A stretch of DNA of 64,000 nucleotides. Source: Eledone cirrhosa (lineage: Eukaryota). The number at the start of each line of letters is the position of its first letter. Position 1 is the stretch's first letter. Under the pieces are notes generated by a model that made no database searches, was not told the DNA's origin, and saw only the letters and a program-made list of their open reading frames with translations. Made by a program: the position numbers and the translations under genes. The stretch is from assembly GCA_964016885.1 (NCBI GenBank), contig OZ024745.1, positions 114,204,001-114,268,000 on the forward strand. Direction: 5' to 3'. Shown here piece by piece: positions 56,157 through 64,000 of this stretch.

Positions 56157-56561
56157 TGTTTGCTATCACTCCCTCTCACCAAAATCATTTCTTATTGACA
56201 TACAAATCTTTCTGCTGTGCTCTCTGTTCTCATTTCTCATACTCTTCTATTACTCTCTCCAACTCTCTCTCTCTCACACTCTCCCTCTCTCTCTCTCAAA
56301 CTCTCTCGCATTCCTCTCTCGCATTCCTCTCTCACTCTCTCGTTTATATCGACCTCAGAAGAATAAAATGCAAAGTTGACCATGGCAGGATTTGAACTCA
56401 GCGATTAAAGGTCCATAACAAATACTGCTGAGCATTTGTTTGATGTTCTAACAACTCTGTCAATCTTGTTAGAATGTAATAATTGCTTCTACATTTGGCA
56501 CAAGGCTAGCAATTTGAAGAGTAGGGGAAAGTTGATTCAATCAACTCTCATAACTCTAGCC

Positions 56562-58236
56562 ATGTGCTACCACTACAGCCGTGAAGCATGGTGTTTGATG
56601 TGCTACCACTACAGCCGTGAACCATGGTGTTTGATGTGCTACCAATATAGCCATGAACCATGGTGTTTGATGTGCTACCAATATAGCCGTGAACCATGGT
56701 GTTTGATGTGCTACCAATATAGCCGTGAAGCATGGTGTTTGATGTGCTACCAATATAGCCGTGAAGCATGGTGTTTGATGTGCTACCAATACAGCCGTGA
56801 AGCATGGTGTTTGATGTGCTACCACTACAGCCGTGAAGCATGGTGTTTGATGTGCTACCAATACAGCCGTGAAGCATGGTGTTTGATGTGCTACCACTAC
56901 AGCCGTGAACCATGGTGTTTGATGTGCTACCAATACAGCCGTGAAGCATGGTGTTTGATGTGCTACCAATATAGCCGTGAACCATGGTGTTTGATGTGCT
57001 ACCACTACAGCCGTGAAGCATGGTGTTTGATGTGCTATCAATATAGCCGTGAAGCATGGTGTTCGATGTGCTATCAATATAGCCGTGAAGCATGGTGTTT
57101 GATGTGCTACCAATATAGCCGTGAAGCATGGTGTTTGATGTGCTACCAATACAGCCGTGAAGCATGGTGTTTGATGTGCTACCAATACAGCCGTGAAGCA
57201 TGGTGTTTGATGTGCTACCAATATAGCCGTGAAGCATGGTGTTCGATGTGCTATCAATATAGCCGTGAAGCATGGTGTTTGATGTGCTACCAATACAGCC
57301 GTGAAGCATGGTGTTTGATGTGCTACCAATATAGCCGTGAAGCATGGTGTTCGATGTGCTATCAATATAGCCGTGAAGCATGGTGTTTGATGTGCTACCA
57401 ATACAGCCGTGAAGCATGGTGTTTGATGTGCTACCAATATAGCCGTGAAGCATGGTGTTTGATGTGCTACCAATACAGCCGTGAAGCATGGTGTTTGATG
57501 TGCTACCAATACAGCCGTGAAGCATGGTGTTTGATGTGCTACCACTACAGCCGTGAAGCATGGTGTTTGATGTGCTACCAATATAGCCGTGAAGCATGGT
57601 GTTTGATGTGCTACCAATATAGCCGTGAAGCATGGTGTTCGATGTGCTATCAATATAGCCGTGAAGCATGGTGTTTGATGTGCTACCAATACAGCCGTGA
57701 AGCATGGTGTTTGATGTGCTACCAATATAGCCGTGAAGCATGGTGTTCGATGTGCTATCAATATAGCCGTGAAGCATGGTGTTTGATGTGCTACCAATAC
57801 AGCCGTGAAGCATGGTGTTTGATGTGCTACCAATATAGCCGTGAAGCATGGTGTTCGATGTGCTATCAATATAGCCGTGAAGCATGGTGTTTGATGTGCT
57901 ACCAATACAGCCGTGAAGCATGGTGTTTGATGTGCTACCAATATAGCCGTGAAGCATGGTGTTCGATGTGCTATCAATATAGCCGTGAAGCATGGTGTTT
58001 GATGTGCTACCAATACAGCCGTGAAGCATGGTGTTCAATGTGCTATCAATATAGCCGTGAAGCATGGTGTTCAATGTGCTACCACTACAGCCGTGAAGCA
58101 TGGTGTTCGATGTGCTACCAATATAGCCGTGAACCATGGTGTTTGATGTGCTACCAATACAGCCGTGAAGCATGGTGTTCGATGTGCTACCAATATAGCC
58201 GTGAACCATGGTGTTCGATGTGCTACCAATATAGCC
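56562..58236. repeat. 36-bp minisatellite, about 46 copies
   Basis: Unit ATGTGCTACCAATATAGCCGTGAAGCATGGTGTTTG. It explains the three long repetitive ORFs. Confidence 0.97.
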
Positions 58237-58353
58237 AATCAATCGCCCTCTGATACTATATGATAATGATAAGTAATTTTGAACTCTAAGATAGATCACA
58301 ACAATTATCAGGAATTAGGGTTTTTTTTTAAATTTTCCCTTTCATATTTCCAG

Positions 58354-58467
58354 GTGAGTACTTACTTAAAGCAACTTCTTAATACTTCTGAACTTGAGTT
58401 GAAGATTGGCAATGTCTTAACTGCTTATTCCAATGGCAGTGCTATGGACTATATACGGAAAACTTTG
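58354..58467 (+). CDS. PGM3: PGM3 exon 11
   Basis: VSTYLKQLLNTSELELKIGNVLTAYSNGSAMDYIRKTL. Confidence 0.95.
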
Positions 58468-59697
58468 GTAAGTTCATGTTATTCTGTATCTAGTAAAATT
58501 TCTTGAATACATCTTGTTAGCTCAGTTTTAGCTAATCAGTAGATCATGGGTACCCAATCAAATGCAGAAAAGCAATATTCCTGTCCAATTCCCTATATTT
58601 TCAGTTATGACTATATATTTTGGTTGACAGTTCTAAAATTCATCATTCTATCTTTATTGTAGAATATTCTCTTCTAAAATTTTGAGACATAAAACAAAAA
58701 ACAAGTGGTATATATTCTAAAGATGATAAATTTATTAAGGAATGTAGTTTTGACTATTATATTGAGCAAGTGCATGTAACCCAGTACAACCTGTCTTATG
58801 GTCGGGTCGTAAGCAACTAAACCGGCAACTCCACCAAGTTTGCTTGGTGAGGAGGGTGATTTTGGACACCCTGCAGGACAAAAAACAAAACCTGACAAAG
58901 TGCAGAAGAACTCATGAGTCAATGGCCATCTAAGAATTAAAAAAAAAAAAAATCCTGCCAAATAGATGGGTGCCAGTAGTTCCAGCTGCGCACATCGAAA
59001 GACTGGTGTAGTGGTTCTGAGAACAATGTGGCTTTGCAGATGATCAATGCAAATTGACTACGGAAAGGCGCTCCTGCTCGAGCTAGAAGAGAACTATTGA
59101 CCTTCAGTGATCCTAGTGATTAGTATTTAAAAATTTGATAAAATTTTGCACCCATGGACATCTCATCTTAATTGTAGGTATGTTGTCCTAAGATCTGAAA
59201 CTTAATACATCTGGTCCATTTGTGAGGAAAATTTAGTTGCTGTATTTAATGAGTTGATGACTATAAAAGTTCTTTTGCTGAGAGCTTGTTTTGTTGTCCT
59301 TGTGTGTGTGTGTATATATATATATATATTTAAAAGTTAAACAAGGTTCAATGAATACATCAAAGAATGAGTTTTACAATAGATTGGAAGCACTCAACAA
59401 AAAGGTTTGCCAGAGTTATTAATATTAATTCAAAATATTAACAAAATAGATATTCTTGTGATCAAGTATATTTTATTATACATATTTCAGCAGTTTTTAA
59501 AAAAAAATTTTTAACTGTTATATTGATGCCATGTATTTTTTTAAGCTGTATTACATGCACCCTCTCTATTGTATGTATTATATATTTTTCTCATGTTCTC
59601 AATATTAGGGTATAAATATTGAGTTTTGTCATATATTACTCACTACCATGACTGAATCTTAACCATCTACTATGTCAGGGTATGTCATGCATCATCT

Positions 59698-59760
59698 TAT
59701 TTTATCTGATGAGGACGTACTGTTGAACTTAACTCAGTACTTCTGAAATATAATAAAATA
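59698..59760 (+). ncRNA. degenerate hammerhead motif of a solo PLE pLTR in PGM3 intron 11
   Basis: tattttat CTGATGA [gtactg/cagtac stem II] GAAA ta TA ataaaata. Loop 3 is deleted. Partial inverted copy at 59422-59490. Confidence 0.65.
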
Positions 59761-59902
59761 TACTTGATCACAAGAATATCTATTTTGTTAATATTTTGAA
59801 TTAATATATATATATGTAAAAGGTAAACAGAAATAACAAAACAAAAGGCACATTATATGAAAGGAATATATTAGTTTAATGCTTGAAATAGCAAGAAGAG
59901 GG

Positions 59903-59938
59903 TCTTAACGTTTCAGACACTAGTCCTTCATCAGAAGA
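59903..59938 (-). ncRNA. minimal hammerhead motif
   Basis: Minus: tctt CTGATGAA ggac-tagt-gtct GAAA cg TT aaga. Palindrome AACGTT. Confidence 0.65.
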
Positions 59939-60082
59939 ATGAATGGGAAATTAGAAAGATTGAGGCGATGGGATGGGCAGGGCGGAATTGGAGAAAAAAC
60001 TTTTAGAGAAAAATTAACAAGTCCATTCTCTGTATAATGAAAAATAAATTCTTTAATTATTTTTATTATATATATTTTCTAG

Positions 60083-60184
60083 AAAGTTGATGCTGCATGT
60101 ACACCAACTGGTGTTAAACATTTGCACCACAAAGCCCAAGAATATGATATTGGGATATATTTCGAAGCCAATGGTCATGGAACT
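60083..60184 (+). CDS. PGM3: PGM3 exon 12 (sugar-binding loop)
   Basis: [34 protein letters not shown]. Confidence 0.97.
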
Positions 60185-62001
60185 GTAAGTTATCTTGATA
60201 AATTTGTCCTTTTTTTAAAACAAATTTCACCATAAATTTTGTGTCCACTTTTTCATGCTTGCATAGATTACATGAGTTCTCTCTAATACAGAATCCCTCT
60301 GTTATAATGGTGTGACACATCTGTTTAGTATATCTGTACAAAACAAGGGTAAAACCAAAGCATTCACCAGGAGTAATTCCGAACTACTGACGAGACACTA
60401 CAATGAGAATAAATACATACAGTCTACCTGACAGTTCACTGCAGTTATTATTTATAGACATTTCGCCTAGTCCAATTTTAGTTATGCAGGGGTGTTCAGG
60501 GTTTTTTCCCTACAACACTCTCCTGTTGTCTTTTTTCTTTATCATTTCTTTGTGATTGTTTTCTTTGGTACACTTCTTCTGTGGCTTTATTTCACTTGGA
60601 ACTTCTGGCACTTCTTTACCTATTTGTATCTCCTTATGCCCAATTTAACTCTCAACTAACCTGTTTTGTCATTTATACACAGTAACATAATACACTATCA
60701 AAATCAATTATCACTGTGATTTTTTAAAATTCATACATCTTCCAATTCATTTTTTTTTGTACCCCTGTTACTAGCATTTGGACCAGGCTTTTATTTTTAC
60801 TGAGGATGTTTAAGGCTGGGTATCAACCACATCGATCTCACTAGTCCAAGAGAGTCTGCAAAATTCATGGTCATTGTCCCTCTTCTTTTAATCAAATTAG
60901 GATTATTAACACCTTACTTTATACTAGCTCAGTTTTTTTCTATCCCTGCTTATTATCCCTCGTATTACCATTTTGCCAGGAGTTGTAAGGTGGTCATACT
61001 GGTGACATGATTAAAAAGCACTCAGTCCACTCTGTATGGTAGTTGTGCTGGTGATATGACAAAACGTGCTCAGTCCATCCTGTAAGGTAGTCATGCTGGT
61101 TCCACAATAAAAAGCACCCAATCCATACTGTAACATGGTTGGCATTAGGAAGGGCATCCAGCCATAGGAACTAAGCCAAAATACATATCTGTATGAGCAA
61201 GACTTGGTAACCTGACTTGTCTCATAAAATGGCTAACCCATTCAAGCATAGAAAATGGTGGACGTTAAACAATGATGATGATACTAAAGAATTCATCTAT
61301 CTTTGTCTCTACCACTTTTACCACATAGATAATATTGTCCATATTGCAGTCTTCCATATTTGTTGACTGGCTAGAAATATAGTATAACATACCAGTTCTG
61401 TAATCAAAAGGAACTTGTTGACTCTTGAAAAAAAAGAAGAAAAATAACAGAATTGATTACAAACATCTCTTATTCTTTTTCTAGAGACATTGCACCATCA
61501 TCATCATCAAATATCCATTTTCCACTTTACATGGGTTAGACAGGTTATGTTATGAGACAAGTCAGGTCTGAAGACCACATTATACTTTTATGGATCTGTA
61601 TTTTGGCTTGGTTTCTAGAGCTGGATGCCCTTCCTAATGTCAACCCTGTTACATTGTGAACTGGGTACTTTTTATCCTGTCATCATCACAACTACTTTAC
61701 AGGACGGACTGGGTTCTTTTAATGCACCACAATTCTTTTTATCAGTAAAACTTTGTTGTTAGCAAGTTATACATCTTGTGAATTTAATTTAAAATCAATA
61801 CCACCTTCAACCAGTGAAGGGCCTGGATTGGATTGGAAAGGAAATATCTGTTAATGCAGTATTTCCTGTCATAGTCTGTTGAATGAAATATCTGGATAAC
61901 AGGATAGTTTAGATGGTTGAAACACATCAAAATCAAACCAAGTCCCTGTCTTATAGGGAGTTTACAGCAGGAAGAGTTTCAAGCATTAAAACAGTAATAC
62001 T

Positions 62002-62229
62002 TTAACCCTTTAGCATTTACATTACTCTAAATTTACTACTGTATTTTCATGGTAAAGGCTTTACCTCACATAATATCTCACATAATATCGAATCTATGAG
62101 ATTTTGATGTTATTTATTTTGAGAACAATATCTTAACATAAGTATAAATGGCTGGTTACAGCTGGTTTGAACAGAAAGAGGTAAGAGAATTCTGGCCGGA
62201 TATGGCCAGTTTAAATGCTAAAGGGTTAA
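62002..62229. mobile_element. piggyBac-type MITE, best-preserved copy
   Basis: Perfect termini TTAA-CCCTTTAGCATTTA / TAAATGCTAAAGGG-TTAA. Confidence 0.85.
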
Positions 62230-62304
62230 TAAAATGGTATAGTATAATTATTTTGATGTTTAGATTTTCATAGAAATTCATCTGATTTCTCTTTTGAATT
62301 TCAG

Positions 62305-62360
62305 GTTTTGTTTAGTGCTCATGCTGAAGATGTTATTCTAAACACTGCTGGAAACACTAG
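62305..62360 (+). CDS. PGM3: PGM3 exon 13
   Basis: VLFSAHAEDVILNTAGNT(S). Phase consistent. Confidence 0.9.
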
Positions 62361-62689
62361 GTAAGTATTAATAATTAATTATTTTCACATTTTTTATGTT
62401 AGGAATAGGAATGACAAGGGATACAGGAAACAAATACTAAAGGCTTCATTTTTGTTGTAGGTGATGGATTGACAGTATCGGTAAAGTGTCAGACAATATG
62501 CATAGAGTTACGTCCCTTTACGTCCTGAGTTCAAATCCAGCCAAAGTTAACTTTGCCTGTCGTCCTTACGAGGGTCATAAAATAAAGTTCCAATAATGTT
62601 GATTTAATTGACTTTCTCCTCCCTCAAATTTGTTGACCTTGTGCCTAAATCAGAAATCATTATTTTGTTAGAGGAGAAATGGTATCACC

Positions 62690-63400
62690 CAAGAGCTTTG
62701 CAAGCCCAGCCAGACTAGTGATATCAATGCAGTTAATGTCCAGGTTAAACATTTGTAGGTTGAAGTCTCTATCCAAAATATCTGCAGGAAGGGATTTCCA
62801 GTGATTGGTTTTTCTGGTGAGAAAGGATTGAACTAAATGTTTAGTGCAAGGTTTGATAGATAAGATTTTGTAGAGCTGGAGCCTTGCTCGAAGTATAAGG
62901 GCCAGTGACATCATGGGGCCAGAGGGATGGCAGGAAGCAGGAGCAGCATTGCTGGCTTTTTAGCCCTCTTTAGTCTATACATAGAGGATACGTGGAGATA
63001 TTTTCTGGCGATATGGTAGAATTGGGCTGGACGCTTAAGGACCACAGATATATGGCATTCTGGAGAAGATCAGCCAGTCTTGTGAGGTAGGCAAACTATG
63101 TCTCCCTGCTTCCTTGTACTATAGATTCATTATAGATGAAGAAATAAATAAATACAAGTATGGGGTTGGCTATGGTAAAGGTTTGCTAGTTCACAGGAAC
63201 AGAAATAGCAGAAGAGGGTCATCTGTGATTTAGTGCTTATAGCATGTTAGTATGGTAATCATTTCTAATCAGCCAGATGGTCTGGTTTTAGATGCAATTT
63301 AAAAGGTTTGTGAGTATAGCAACAACTCCATCTCAGATATGGGAACAATATTTTAAAGAGCATCACACTTTGTAGAAAGTCAGGAATATTAATGCAACAC
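62690..63400 (-). mobile_element. decayed CR1/L2-like LINE 3' region
   Basis: SFLTRKTNHWKSLPADIL resembles the F..R....WN.LP..V C-terminal motif. Similar remnant near 52000-52380. Confidence 0.5.
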
Positions 63401-63740
63401 CATCTATATTATATAATTGTTTATAAATATTGCATTGAAATATTGCTGCAAGAGTCAAACTAAAGGTTTAACATCATCATTAACAGTATATAATATTCAG
63501 TGCCATTAGGGACTATAATTTTGGTACCTTGAAATATTAGAAAAGGTTTCATTGGACAAGTCTGCAAACTACATAAATCTGTCATATTTATATATATATA
63601 TTTGGATGTTTGTGTAAAAACCTGTATTATCTCAAATTGTCTAACTCTGAGATTCACTCACTATATTCAAACAACCAGTTACTTAAAAAAAATAAATGAT
63701 ATTTACTTTTATTTATTTTTTATGTATTTTTTTTTTTTAG

Positions 63741-63804
63741 TTTGTCTAATGAAAAGCGATCTGCTGCTCAGAGACTGTGTGTTCTTATTGATTTGATAAA
63801 TCAG
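63741..63804 (+). CDS. PGM3: PGM3 exon 14 (gene continues beyond the window)
   Basis: LSNEKRSAAQRLCVLIDLINQ. The C-terminal RPSGTED domain is not in the window. Confidence 0.92.
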
Positions 63805-64000
63805 GTATAATATAATATTATATGTCATATTCTATGATATTGTACAATATCACATTTTGAAATCATCTTCATTTCATTCAAACAAATTTAGGTCATACCT
63901 CTTAAAATGTGCAAATGTGGATATTTTCTTCTTATTTTTCTTTAAATTGAAAAAAAAAAAATTATTTGTTTGCTACTGTATTAATATTTAAAGGTATATA

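Noticed and set aside
56436-58299. 605/583/485-aa repetitive ORFs as a novel Cys-rich protein or CRISPR-like array
   Set aside because: They come from a stop-free 36-bp intronic tandem repeat with no spacers and a SINE-derived unit. There is no evidence of coding.

Overview
AT-rich, repeat-dense animal genomic DNA. The SINE, microsatellite and RTE content looks like a coleoid cephalopod, probably Octopus; this is an inference, not a search result. The only host gene I can support is PGM3 (phosphoacetylglucosamine mutase) on the + strand. Its 14 coding exons run from 37531 to 63804, splice in frame with GT-AG introns (419 codons; TASHNP, DGDADR and FEANGHG motifs) and the gene continues past the window. 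The rest is transposon debris: three Penelope-like element (PLE) fragments, a decayed Helitron, RTE, CR1-like and RLE-type LINE pieces, SINEs, MITEs, microsatellites and a 36-bp minisatellite. The most notable signal is about nine hammerhead ribozyme (HHR) motifs from several sequence families. Five lie in the first 2 kb in tandem or inverted retrozyme/pLTR-like units, including a full-size type I HHR with a GUC site at 1295-1385. Two lie at the 3' ends of PLE ORFs and two in PGM3 intron 11. All folds were done by eye and activity is untested. Repeat coordinates are approximate.
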